DNA of 64,000 nucleotides from Clavelina lepadiformis (lineage: Eukaryota). Position 1 is the stretch's first letter. Each line of letters opens with the position of its first letter. The notes beneath the pieces are model-generated. The model was not told the DNA's origin and searched no databases. It saw only the letters and a list, made by a program, of their open reading frames with translations. Location: NCBI RefSeq assembly GCF_947623445.1, contig NC_135246.1, forward strand, positions 18,964,288-19,028,287, given 5' to 3'. Made by a program: the position numbers and the translations under genes. Below are positions 46,203 to 57,910 of this stretch, in pieces.

Positions 46203-46513
46203 GTCCCGCATGGGCTTCAGGCGGGAGTGGTTGCCTTCCTAAGAAAACGTGGCCTTGGAAGTGAGTAAGGACACGAGCGTTCAGGACGAGGACCTGTCGT
46301 TTTTGTTGGTCCCTCAGATCTGCTCTTGTTGCTTTTATTATATTTTATCGACTTATTTTGAACGTGTGTCCCGAAAGTTAAGCCCCAATCGGAGAGGAGT
46401 GTTTTTAATCTCATTTGAAAATACAATCGAGCTACATTGAAAAACGTTCGTTGGCTTTGAGTGGGCCGTGAAAGCGGTAGAAAAGGATCTGGCAAAAGAA
46501 AATCTGTAACACA
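46203..46513. repeat. ~305-bp interspersed repeat, copy 2 (reverse orientation relative to 3143-3446)
   Basis: see copy 1. Confidence 0.7.
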
Positions 46514-49500
46514 AAATAAAATGCTATTATTGTGATATTATTAACGTTATTTTACTTGTTCATACTCATAACCCAGGGTAACAATCTTTAATAAATTGCA
46601 ACCTTGACTAACTGACCTTTGTTGTCCTCGATTAATCCACTTCTTCCAGAATGTCTTCCTCGAACTCTTCATCGCTGTCTATTTCATAAATCCCAAAATG
46701 TTGTGTTCGATATGCCAAATCTTGTTTTTCTTTGGCATCGTTTTCTTCATGTTCCATTAGACTGTATAATTGTACAAAAGATAACTTCAATGACAAGGTT
46801 GACATTTTCATGCCACTACCAGTCTATGTTTTGGATGCAGACAAATGCTTGCTACTGCATTTAAATCTAATGCTTTATGTCAACTTTTCAAACACTATTT
46901 TGTGCAGTCCGCTTTGTCATTAGGCTAAAATTTTCAATTAAGCATTTGGTTTCAAGGTTACTACATTTTTCTTACATAAATACATGCTGATAGAAACAAG
47001 TATGTCCAGTTATATACAGATATGTATGCTATACATGTTCAAGAACGCACTTATTTAGAAGATGCCCGATTCGATAACCATCTCCTTCATCGGAAAACTG
47101 TAATCGATGATCAAAATTTGGAGCTGCAAATAAATAATCTTAAGTAATCCAACGTCTGATATAAGCTTATTGATATATTCAACTAACATACTTGGACATA
47201 CTGGGACATCTTATATATTCAAAACTTTGTGATCGAATGTCGAACAACTCCGTACAACAATAAGGCATCGGTTCCAACAAAGTTTTTAATTGCAATGGAT
47301 CCAATATTATGAAGCCATAGTAGGGACGAACGTAGCTATAAAACAATGAGCGAGTTAAGAAACCCAGCCGAGACAAGCTATAGTAGACGAAAATAGACGC
47401 AAAGTAGAATATAAAATCCATCAAAAAATGAGAAAAGATTATACATAATACGGTAATGAGCTGGACTTACCTTGAATAAACAAACAAAGTTCCTTCCATT
47501 ATAAATTCCTCCTAAAAAAATTGAAATTTGTTTCAAAAATATAGACGATAGATTAATAACTGCTGGAATGATTACACGGAGAAGCTATTAAAGTAACACC
47601 AGCTCTTTGCAGAAATATTAAGTAGACTGAAACATTTAAAATACAGATAGTGTAATTACCATAAAATGGAAAATATGTAAAAAATTTCAAACAATAAACA
47701 ATATACACAAGCAACATACCGTTTTTGCATTTGAATTGTACAGATAAGCTTCAACTTGAATTGCAGAATCTATCATGTGCGAAATGTTAGAATTATGACG
47801 CCGAAGTATTCTCAAAATAACGTTCTTTTCCATTTCAGAAAACATCATGAAAATTAATTTGTACGGAAATGCAGAAAACCTGGTATTTTAATCGCGAGCA
47901 ATCTTATAACTTATATATACACTACAAAAAAGATTTTTTTTAAAGTAAAACACATTCCTTAGACAAACTTACTTGTCATCTGCTGTCATTCTACAAGACA
48001 ACTGGTTTTATAGGGCAGTCATCTTATTAAAACAAAGGGATTGTCTAACTCTAACAGAAAAAATTTCAAGCAAAAAAAGAATTTGAAACCATGGTCTCAA
48101 AAGTAATCAACGATGAAATGAACGCAGGTTCAAAGTTGTGAATAGGTAAATATTGCACAATCATGGTTAGCACCTGTTGCCCTGAGACAATGAGCTTTCT
48201 TGGTTTACACACTCACACGATTTTTTTGACTTAAAATAAAATAAAATGAAACGTTTAGAAACCCAGCAGCGTTTTAGTTTGAAATCAGGAGGAAATTAGG
48301 TGTGAGTTGGATAACAACATGCAACGATTGGCATCACCAGATAAGTCACTGAACGTAAGTTCGAATTGGAGAAGATGAACATGAAGTGTTTGGTTCTTAC
48401 ACAACCGGCTGGGAAACAATGTGAGAGATATAACCAGACTGAGCAATATAACTTGTTCGCATGTGAAACTTAAATATGCGAAAAATATTCTTTTTTCAAA
48501 ACGTAACTCAAACGGTTTAACCCTTTTTTGCCCTGGTTTGAGTCCAATGGATCCAGATGATTTTCAGATTCTGGTAATTATTGATAACACTATTTAGCAT
48601 ATCGACCACTACGATATAACGATTGCAAATTGCACGTTAACCGCGCTATATCAGTACACTAAAGCAAAAAGTAAAACGTCAAACCCATACTTACCCCGCA
48701 TGAAATGAATAATTTGAAATGTGCCTCGCAAACAAGCAAGCTATGTATTATGTTCAGTTCTAAGCGTTACTAACAGAAATATGTTAAAATACACTAAAGT
48801 GTTGAATTACAAAGCATACATTTCGTCACAATAGCCAGTGCATTTTGTCATGTACTTTTAATCGTTGTTAGACAGTGTATTTGATTATTTTATTACAACA
48901 CCTTTGGCTTACACGTTATGAAATTTGTATATTATATGTACTAGAGTAACTAGACTATTTAGGGAGAACCACTTGTCCATGCTCCCGGCACAAACTCTAT
49001 TTTTAGGAGCCAGAAACGATGTTATGTTTTCGATTTTTCGTTCTTTACATTTTCTTGTTTGCGACTCCTTATCGGTTACAACCATTACAATATAAAGTTC
49101 TGGGAAATCTCCAGACAACATTTTTTCAAAACAATTGCAATAGTCAAAACAAAATGGTCTTATCGTCAAACATGGCAGGTTGCTTGTTGTTATCGTTGTC
49201 AAGTGATGTGAGCTGATTCTAACCCCCAACTTTCAAAAAAGGCGATATGGGCATTGCAGTTGTTAATAAGAAGCTGTTTATTGTTTAATCGAGTTGTAAA
49301 AGTAAACTTAAATCATTTCCATGTTTCAAAAACGTATCTGTTGAGAAGAAATATGTCACAAACTTATTATGACGTTAGTACAAGTTGGGTGAGTATTCTG
49401 GCTTCGACGAAGTTCAGGAGTAAAACAATGTGCGTGATAACTAGTCGAATATTTTGGGATCATAAAAGTTTTTACCTCTTTATTCTTTATTTGCTAAAAC

Positions 49501-52500
49501 CGTGGCAATATTAAGTGTTGTGAGTCACTGACAGCATTGTTATAACACGATGACTCTAGTCGAGATGGACTGATGGTGATCAAATAGAGCAGGTTGCTTG
49601 TTGATCTGGTTGTCAACCATTGAACGAAATATTTCCATGATCTACTTCCAAAAAATCAAGTTCCACTTTGCGTGCGTTATTTCAATATTGTGCTCGATGA
49701 AGTGTCAAACTTTACGTGGGGGTTGTTTTAATAAAGGCAGAGGAAAGCAGTGTTACGAAATTTACCGTACATTAAAATACGAGAATACGTTTCGATTGAT
49801 TTTAAGAAACTTCTGAGGCATAGAAGCGCAAAATTCTTGGAATATCTACACCAATTTTGGGCGGTTTCCCTCATCGCAATCAAACGTCGCTACTGAGTAT
49901 AATGAATGTTTAGATTTTTGAGTACGATGAGTGCATATGTGACGTGTAGTTTTAAGTTTTAACAGTTTTAAGTTTTAACAATTTCAGCCTAACGTTACGT
50001 TAGGCTGAAATTGTTTGATTTAATTGTGGTGAGCAATCGTCATAAAATCAGAAACAGAAATAATTGAAACTCTATGAGAGGCACAACTGAAGCGAACATA
50101 AAAACAAGGATGTACCCAATCATAAACACGTCCGTTCGGTTGCTCACTCAAACGTGGAACGAATTGTAATTTACTTAACATGCACACCAAACACAAGAAT
50201 AGTTAATTAACACGCTCAAAACGACGCGATTGCATGATGTAGTACTAACTTGATTTATTTGAGGTTGCAGGTTTTCGCAAAAACACACCATCGATGCAAA
50301 CATAAGAAACCATCCAAAAGCATAATGCGTGATCACAATCAATGCGCTAATATGACATCTATGAGTTAGTGGTGGCAGTGAATAGAAATATGTGATATCT
50401 AAACATCATGTTTAAAAATTAAAAGCGATGTGATACTGGAAGGAAATATTAAAATAATGTTTGGTAATGCTGCACTATTGTGAGTGTGACAGTGTGTACT
50501 TTTTTTAGTCACACACAAATAAAACATTTAGAGTTTGATATATTTAAAAATCTAAAAACCACTGGATATATCTTCCCGATATAAGCAGGTTGTCTAGCTT
50601 TCATACGAATTGAATAATAGTGAAAATAGTTGTGAAATATATACTTATACATACTTCCTATACATGCGGTTACTTATGTAAATGCTTGTCGCTAACTGCA
50701 AAAATGGTTCCCATCATTTATTAAGTGTCACATTGATATTTTACAAGATTTTGAAAATATCTCGACTCTATGCTTACAATTACATTGTGCTGGAAACAAT
50801 AAAACTTTTTGGAGCCCAAACGTTATTCCACCACACGTTTTGCCGTCGTTAGGCGAAGTTAAACTAAAAGATAGCTTATATCTACCAGCTAGATACAGGA
50901 AACTTTCAAAGGCAGCAAGAGACTAAATAATTGTTTTTTATACCGTATGATATTTCGAATTTTGTACAAATACAGCAGAAAATTTATAAAACATAGTTTA
51001 TTTATTGTTATTTTCGATATAAAACATGATTCGAAAAAACAAACATATATACGTGTACAAAATACGAAAAAAATACAAATCACACTTAATATAAAAGGCG
51101 ACATTTTTAATCAGTTGATACACAATAATACAACACTGAACTTGGAAATCCCAAAATATAAATATAAAACAATTGAATTCAAAAAAAATCCAGAAAATTT
51201 AATCCCATAATTTAATAATTTAATTTAGTCCTTCAATGGGAGTCGCTTCACGGTCCATTCTATCTATTTGCAAAGACTGTAAAATAATCGCAAAATCATT
51301 GCTCAGTAATAATCGCTTTTAATTTATATTACCATCAAATCAGCGTTTGTTCATAATGTTACCGCTTGGTGTTTCATAGTAATATGTATAAGTTTATGTG
51401 CATCTTTATAATGAAGCTAATACTCACTCGTTTAGAAGATATCCCATGCGTCTGCAATCGACCATGTTTTCAAATTTTAAGCCGAAACCCATTGCTGAAA
51501 CATATAAAACATAAACTCCAATATATTGTCCAATGCATTCTCAACTTAGGCTACTACTACGGTATAATCGATCATATTGAATGCACTTACATTTAGTATT
51601 TCTGGTCACCAGGAACGTTGAATATTCATGAAATTCCAAACCAGGATAGATAGTTTGGCTCCAATTAATTATCCAATCTGTCTTGGTTCATGATGGTGAA
51701 ACCAAATGTAGGGCAATGCATAATGTCAAAACTTGAAAGAATTTATGTCAAAAATTGTGGTAAAAATTGCTGTATTATGTAAAAAGCTAAACAAACAGAA
51801 CAAGATTAAAGAACAGACAAAAAACACTTTTAATATTTCACAACCTACAACAACACATAACTGAAAAGTCAAATTAGAAAATGCAAAACAATGTGCTCTA
51901 CATCCTTAAAGTACTCGGGATAAACTACTGCATAATGCGAAATATTGATTAAACGGAACAAGACTTAAAAAATACTAAACAATAAGGTAATTTAATAACT
52001 TTGGCTTACCGTTTATGAACAAATATCGTTCCGTCCATTTCAATGCTTTTCTTGAAAAAAACGTTTATTTTAATGTAAGATTCCATTGTTGTAGAACTAT
52101 TTCATACATCTTATAGGGAATCTTTTTTGCTCGGCAGCAAAGGAGGGCATAAAACTTATTAAAAAGTTGTAACTTTGTGATCTCAATCATCCAAGCTACC
52201 AAAACGAATCGGACAAAATTGCAGCATAATTTAGCCTTTGCAGAAAGATTAAAGTTAAACTATAGTTAGAATGATTATTTAAATTTATACCAACAACATA
52301 CCCATTCTTTGCTTTCATCATTGAAAATATAAACCGCAACTGGATTTGCAGAATCAAGGATGTCCGAAACGCTTTGATCTTCGCGAAGAAGTGCTTTCAA
52401 ATTAACTTCTACTTCACCTTCGAACGCTATTATGTACCAAGCTGCTATTTAACACTGACCTATAAAGAACAAGTCAATTTTGAGTAATAATGCAATTGTA

Positions 52501-54025
52501 TGAATTAAAGAGAATACAAAAATTTTTTATGTATTTATGGGCAAATGCGAATTCAAGTAAGATGGTTGACTAAGCTATCATAGAGTATCATCTCATCAGA
52601 CAACACTACACTACTAACAGGAACCAAAACTTGACTGATCGATCTACTGTAATTCTGAAGGGGTCATGTCCCAATTCAAAGAGATAGGCTTTTCAATGCA
52701 AAGTACATTAAATCAAGAAGCTACCAACGCAAAACTACATCATAAACCTACCCTGAATTTTGGCTTGCAACAAGACCTAGGTTATGTCTGTCTACAGTCT
52801 TAATTTGGACAAAATCCATGTACTCAGTTTTCTATAACAATTGCCTAAACTTTACAACAAGTTTTTAGCTTAACATTTTATGACAAATACTCCAAAAAAA
52901 CAAAAATTCAAACCCACACAAAATTTACAACTTAGCCTAGACCTGGAACCAGCTGTCGTCAAAGCAACGACGAACTACTCCACATCGACGTCACATGCGC
53001 ATTGGACCGGAAAATTTTTACTTTTTTTAATATGACGCATTGAGTGCGACACGGTCACAATCACTGTGTTGCCGGCACAAAATTGTCGTTTTATTGGGAA
53101 GTGACCCCTTAAACGTGAAGAAATTCATAAATTTTAGTTTTACTTATGACTATATCTATATATAGATATCTATATATATTATATAAGGTAAGTGATTAGG
53201 ATTAGGATTAGGTGATTAGTAGGGCAAGTTTTTGCAACTTTTGCAACTTTTTTTACAGCTTCCGGCAGCTTCCTAAATACTCAGGATTTATGTGAGTCTA
53301 GCCAGCTGGTGGTCTAGACACCAATCAGCTGGTGGTCTAGACGGTCAAATGGTCATCAAACGGTTGTTGGCTCGTCGCTCTGCGGCTCGCTGGTTTGAAC
53401 CTGCAGCTTGTCTGTCGACGTTCTCCGGTTTTTCCACTGTGCTATGAGTTCCCCCCACCCACCCTATGCTTTCTGCGCATCTTGACTTTATTGCTTTAGG
53501 ACTTTGGGCGTTTTTGCAATATTATTGTGCACTTTAACGCAGTCGGACTTACAATCTCGCAAGAAAAGCAGGAGGTGGGTGGACAAGGTTTGGAACCTGC
53601 AAACTCTGGGAGGATATTCGGCAACTTACAACCAGAGCAGTATTAACCGGTGTTGATATCTTGTTATTATGCAATACCTAAATTATTCCAACATCAGTAG
53701 TTGTTACGGCTGTTAAACTTTAGTTACTGTACATTGCTTTCGTCAACCAGAATATGTTGCAAATTACCCGCTCTGCCTTCAGTCAGGCCAATGGCGCAGC
53801 ATCCTGATGCACATTAGGTGGAGAGTAAAGTTTAGTGAATAACAATCCAAAGGTTCCCGGTTCAAACCCAGGACCTTGCAAGTCCGTTTCGGCGTATAAA
53901 CTTGAATTCCAAATGTTTTCATTGGTTTTTTTAAAAAATACACCACAACTGTGCTTAATGTTCAATGCAAATAGATAAAATCGCACTTTTCGCAAATCAC
54001 TTATGGAAGCGTGATTCCAATTCCG

Positions 54026-54107
54026 CGTTGTCGGCAGGATTCGAACCTAAGCGGGCAGAGCCCAGCAGATTTCTAGTCTGTCGCCTTAACCACTCGGCCA
54101 CGACAAC
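54026..54107 (-). tRNA. tRNA-Ser (anticodon AGA)
   Basis: 82 nt; 7-bp acceptor stem GTTGTCG/CGACAAC; A box TGGCCGAGTGG; long variable arm; B box GGTTCGAATCC; anticodon loop CTAGAAA; anticodon-stem last pair mismatched. Confidence 0.85.
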
Positions 54108-54185
54108 TGTGCTTAATGCATAGATGAAATAGTTAAAATACCACATTTCCGAATATCCATATGAAATTGCAAAAGTAATATCGGC

Positions 54186-54267
54186 GTTGTCGGCAGGATT
54201 CGAACCTACGCGGGCTGGGCCCAACAGATTTCGAGTCTGTCGCCTTAACCACTCGGCCACGACAACT
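54186..54267 (-). tRNA. tRNA-Ser (anticodon CGA)
   Basis: as above; anticodon loop CTCGAAA; clean cloverleaf; T4 run downstream. Confidence 0.9.
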
Positions 54268-54343
54268 GTGCTTAATGCATAGATGAAATAGTTAAAATAC
54301 CACATTTCCGAATATCCATATGAAATTGCAAAAGTAATATCGG

Positions 54344-54425
54344 CGTTGTCGGCAGGATTCGAACCTACGCGGCCTGGGCCCAACAGATTTCGAGACTGTC
54401 GCCTTAACCACTCGGCCACGACAAC
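54344..54425 (-). tRNA. tRNA-Ser (anticodon CGA) variant with a T:T mismatch in the anticodon stem and an altered variable arm; possible pseudogene
   Basis: anticodon stem ACAGT / TCTGT. Confidence 0.6.
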
Positions 54426-54502
54426 TGTGCTTAATGCATAGATGAAATAGATAAAATCGCACTTTTCCGAATATCCATATGAAATTGCAAAAGTAATATC
54501 GG

Positions 54503-54584
54503 CGTTGTCGGCAGGATTCGAACCTACGCGGGCTGGGCCCAACAGATTTCGAGTCTGTCGCCTTAACCACTCGGCCACGACAAC
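54503..54584 (-). tRNA. tRNA-Ser (anticodon CGA)
   Basis: identical to 54186-54267. Confidence 0.9.
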
Positions 54585-54661
54585 TGTGCTTAATGCATAG
54601 ATGAAATAGTTAAAATACCACATTTCCGAATATCCATATGAAATTGCAAAAGTAATATCGG

Positions 54662-54743
54662 CGTTGTCGGCAGGATTCGAACCTACGCGGGCAGGGCCCA
54701 ACAGATTTCGAGTCTGTCGCCTTAACCACTCGGCCACGACAAC
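54662..54743 (-). tRNA. tRNA-Ser (anticodon CGA), variable-arm variant
   Basis: same backbone; variable arm GGGCCCTGCCCGC. Confidence 0.85.
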
Positions 54744-54820
54744 TGTGCTTAATGCATAGATGAAATAGATAAAATCGCACTTTTCCGAATATCCATATGA
54801 AATTGCAAAAGTAATATCGG

Positions 54821-54902
54821 CGTTGTCGGCAGGATTCGAACCTACGCGGGCATAGCCTAACAGATTTCAAGTCTGTCGCCTTAACCACTCGGCCACGACA
54901 AC
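54821..54902 (-). tRNA. tRNA-Ser (anticodon TGA)
   Basis: anticodon loop CTTGAAA; variable arm TAGGCTATGCCCGC. Confidence 0.85.
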
Positions 54903-55015
54903 TGTGCTTAATGTGAAATGCAAATAGATAAAATGGCACTTTTCTCGAATCACTAGATAGATTCCACCATGTCGGTGTTTCCGGAATCTTCTCCTGACTT
55001 TCAAATCTGACAAGA

Positions 55016-55146
55016 TGAAAATGTAGCTAGCGTAGTCTAGATAAAAATCTAGCTAGTGTAGTCTAGATGAAAATGAAGCTAGCGTAGTCTAGATGAAAAT
55101 CAAGCTAGCGTAGTCTAGATGAAAATCAAGCAAGCGTAGTCTAGAT
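55016..55146. repeat. 26-bp minisatellite (AGCTAGCGTAGTCTAGATGAAAATCA)n, about 5 copies; the same block recurs in every unit and is the target of the MITE-A insertions
   Basis: direct tandem copies with point variants. Confidence 0.8.
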
Positions 55147-55484
55147 CAGGGCTTCTCAAACTATGGGTCGCGACCCCAAATGGGGTCGCGTAATGAAATT
55201 TTGGGGTCGTAATGAAATAGTTTAATTTAGTCTAGTGCCGGTAGGTTGTAGTCTTGCCATGATGTCAATCTGAAGTGGCCAAGTTTTTCAAAAAATCACA
55301 TGGAAATGACTGCATTTTAGGGCCGTTATGTAAGCGGTCCTTGATGACTTTACAACCAGCCCGGCCTGTGCACATGGATTAACATGGATTTAATGTCATT
55401 AACGTGAATGTCCCCATAATGGGGTCGCATAGAAATATCTTTTCCAAAATGGGGTCGCAGAACAAAAAAGTTTGAGAAGCCCTG
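55147..55484. mobile_element. hAT-like MITE-A (338 bp), copy 1, with a perfect 8-bp TSD GTCTAGAT
   Basis: TIR CAGGGCTTCTCAAACT … AGTTTGAGAAGCCCTG (5' YARNG-type start); identical 8-mers at 55139-55146 and 55485-55492; internal ggggtcgcg repeats; units 2 and 4 have the uninterrupted empty site. Confidence 0.8.
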
Positions 55485-55728
55485 GTCTAGATGAAAATCA
55501 AGCTAGCGTAGTCTAGATGAAAATCAAGCTGATTTCGAGACCTAGCTACGCCTACGTCTCTGTAGTGTATTAACTATAAGCTAGTTTCAACTAAATTTTA
55601 AGTATTAAAGTAAACTTCTGTTATTTTCTTAAGGGGTCATGTCCCAATTCAAAGAGATAGGCTTTTCAATGCAAAGTACATTAAATCAAGAAGCTACCAA
55701 CGCAAAACTACATCATAAACACCCGATT

Positions 55729-56088
55729 CGTCTGCTTTCCGCCCATTGAAATGGGTGGAAATGCGGTATTATTTTCCCATTAGAATGCCAGGAAGTATGC
55801 CTTTCTTACCCTAGAGTAAAATATATGCATTTGGAATGGGGAGATGTTTACTTCGGCAGAAATATAGTTTGTGGGAAACCCCATTGCTGAAAGCAGGTCC
55901 ATTTTAATGGGCGGAAAAATAGACGAATGGGGTTCACAAACCATATTTGTGCCAAAGTAAAATTCTCCCCATTCCAAAGGCATATATCTTACTCTAGGGT
56001 AAGAAAGGCATACTTCCTGCCATTACAATGGGAAAAATTTCCCGTACTCTGGACCATTTTAATGGGCGGAAAGTAGACGAATGGGGTG
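55729..56088. mobile_element. MITE-B (~360 bp) with ~35-bp TIRs, present only in unit 2; TSD TCATAAA(C), 7-8 bp
   Basis: TIR CACCCGATTCGTCTGCTTTCCGCCCATTGAAATGG vs reverse complement CACCCCATTCGTCTACTTTCCGCCCATTAAAATGG; interrupts the sequence catcataaac|ctaccctgaat, which is contiguous in units 1, 3, 4 and 5. Confidence 0.75.
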
Positions 56089-57351
56089 TCATAAACCTAC
56101 CCTGAATTTTGGCTTGCAACAAGACCTAGGTTATGTCTGTCTACAGTCTTAATTTGGACAAAATCCTTGTACTCAGTTTTCTATAACAATTGCCTAAACT
56201 TTACAACAAGTTTTTAGCTTAACATTTTATGACAAATACTCCAAAAAAACAAAAATTCAAACCCACACAAAATTTACAACTTAGCCTAGACCTGGAACCA
56301 GCTGTCGTCAAAGCAACGACGAACTACTCCACATCGACGTCACATGCGCATTGGACCGGAAAATTTTTACTTTTTTTAATATGACGCATTGAGTGCGACA
56401 CGGTCACAATCACTGTGTTGCCGGCACAAAATTGTCGTTTTATTGGGAAGTGACCCCTTAAACGTGAAGAAATTCATAAATTTTAGTTTTACTTATGACT
56501 ATATCTATATATAGATATCTATATATATTATATAAGGTAAGTGATTAGGATTAGGATTAGGTGATTAGTAGGGCAAGTTTTTGCAACTTTTGCAACTTTT
56601 TTTACAGCTTCCGGCAGCTTCCTAAATACTCAGGATTTATGTGAGTCTAGCCAGCTGGTGGTCTAGACGGTCAAATGGTCATCAAACGGTTGTTGGCTCG
56701 TCGCTCTGCGGCTCGCTGGTTTGAACCTGCAGCTTGTCTGTCGACGTTCTCCGGTTTTTCCACTGTGCTATGAGTTCCCCCCACCCACCCTATGCTTTCT
56801 GCGCATCTTGACTTTATTGCTTTAGGACTTTGGGCGTTTTTGCAATATTATTGTGCACTTTAACGCAGTCGGACTTACAATCTCGCAAGAAAAGCAGGAG
56901 GTGGGTGGACAAGGTTTGGAACCTGCAAACTCTGGGAGGATATTCGGCAACTTACAACCAGAGCAGTATTAACCGGTGTTGATATCTTGTTATTATGCAA
57001 TACCTAAATTATTCCAACATCAGTAGTTGTTACGGCTGTTAAACTTTAGTTACTGTACATTGCTTTCGTCAACCAGAATATGTTGCAAATTACCCGCTCT
57101 GCCTTCAGTCAGGCCAATGGCGCAGCATCCTGATGCACATTAGGTGGAGAGTAAAGTTTAGTGAATAACAATCCAAAGGTTCCCGGTTCAAACCCAGGAC
57201 CTTGCAAGTCCGTTTCGGCGTATAAACTTGAATTCCAAATGTTTTCATTGGTTTTTTAAAAAAATACACCACAACTGTGCTTAATGTTCAATGCAAATAG
57301 ATAAAATCGCACTTTTCGCAAATCACTTATGGAAGCGTGATTCCAATTCCG

Positions 57352-57433
57352 CGTTGTCGGCAGGATTCGAACCTAAGCGGGCAGAGCCCAGCAGATTTCT
57401 AGTCTGTCGCCTTAACCACTCGGCCACGACAAC
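57352..57433 (-). tRNA. tRNA-Ser (anticodon AGA)
   Basis: copy of 54026-54107. Confidence 0.85.
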
Positions 57434-57510
57434 TGTGCTTAATGCATAGATGAAATAGTTAAAATACCACATTTCCGAATATCCATATGAAATTGCAAAA
57501 GTAATATCGG

Positions 57511-57592
57511 CGTTGTCGGCAGGATTCGAACCTACGCGGGCTGGGCCCAACAGATTTCGAGTCTGTCGCCTTAACCACTCGGCCACGACAAC
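57511..57592 (-). tRNA. tRNA-Ser (anticodon CGA)
   Basis: canonical copy. Confidence 0.9.
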
Positions 57593-57669
57593 TGTGCTTA
57601 ATGCATAGATGAAATAGTTAAAATGGCACATTTCCGAATATCCATATGAAATTGCAAAAGTAATATCGG

Positions 57670-57751
57670 CGTTGTCGGCAGGATTCGAACCTACGCGGGC
57701 AGGGCCCAACAGATTTCGAGTCTGTCGCCTTAACCACTCGGCCACGACAAC
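57670..57751 (-). tRNA. tRNA-Ser (anticodon CGA)
   Basis: variable-arm variant. Confidence 0.85.
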
Positions 57752-57828
57752 TGTGCTTAATGCATAGATGAAATAGATAAAATCGCACTTTTCCGAATAT
57801 CCATATGAAATTGCAAAAGTAATATCGG

Positions 57829-57910
57829 CGTTGTCGGCAGGATTCGAACCTACGCGGGCATAGCCTAACAGATTTCAAGTCTGTCGCCTTAACCACTCGG
57901 CCACGACAAC
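57829..57910 (-). tRNA. tRNA-Ser (anticodon TGA)
   Basis: copy of 54821-54902. Confidence 0.85.

Noticed and set aside
53190-53225. (GATTAG)n-like run gattaggattaggattaggtgattag. It was considered as telomeric repeat.
   Set aside because: There are only about 4 imperfect copies, and the motif is neither TTAGGG nor TTAGG. It is internal to every array unit, so it is a minor microsatellite.
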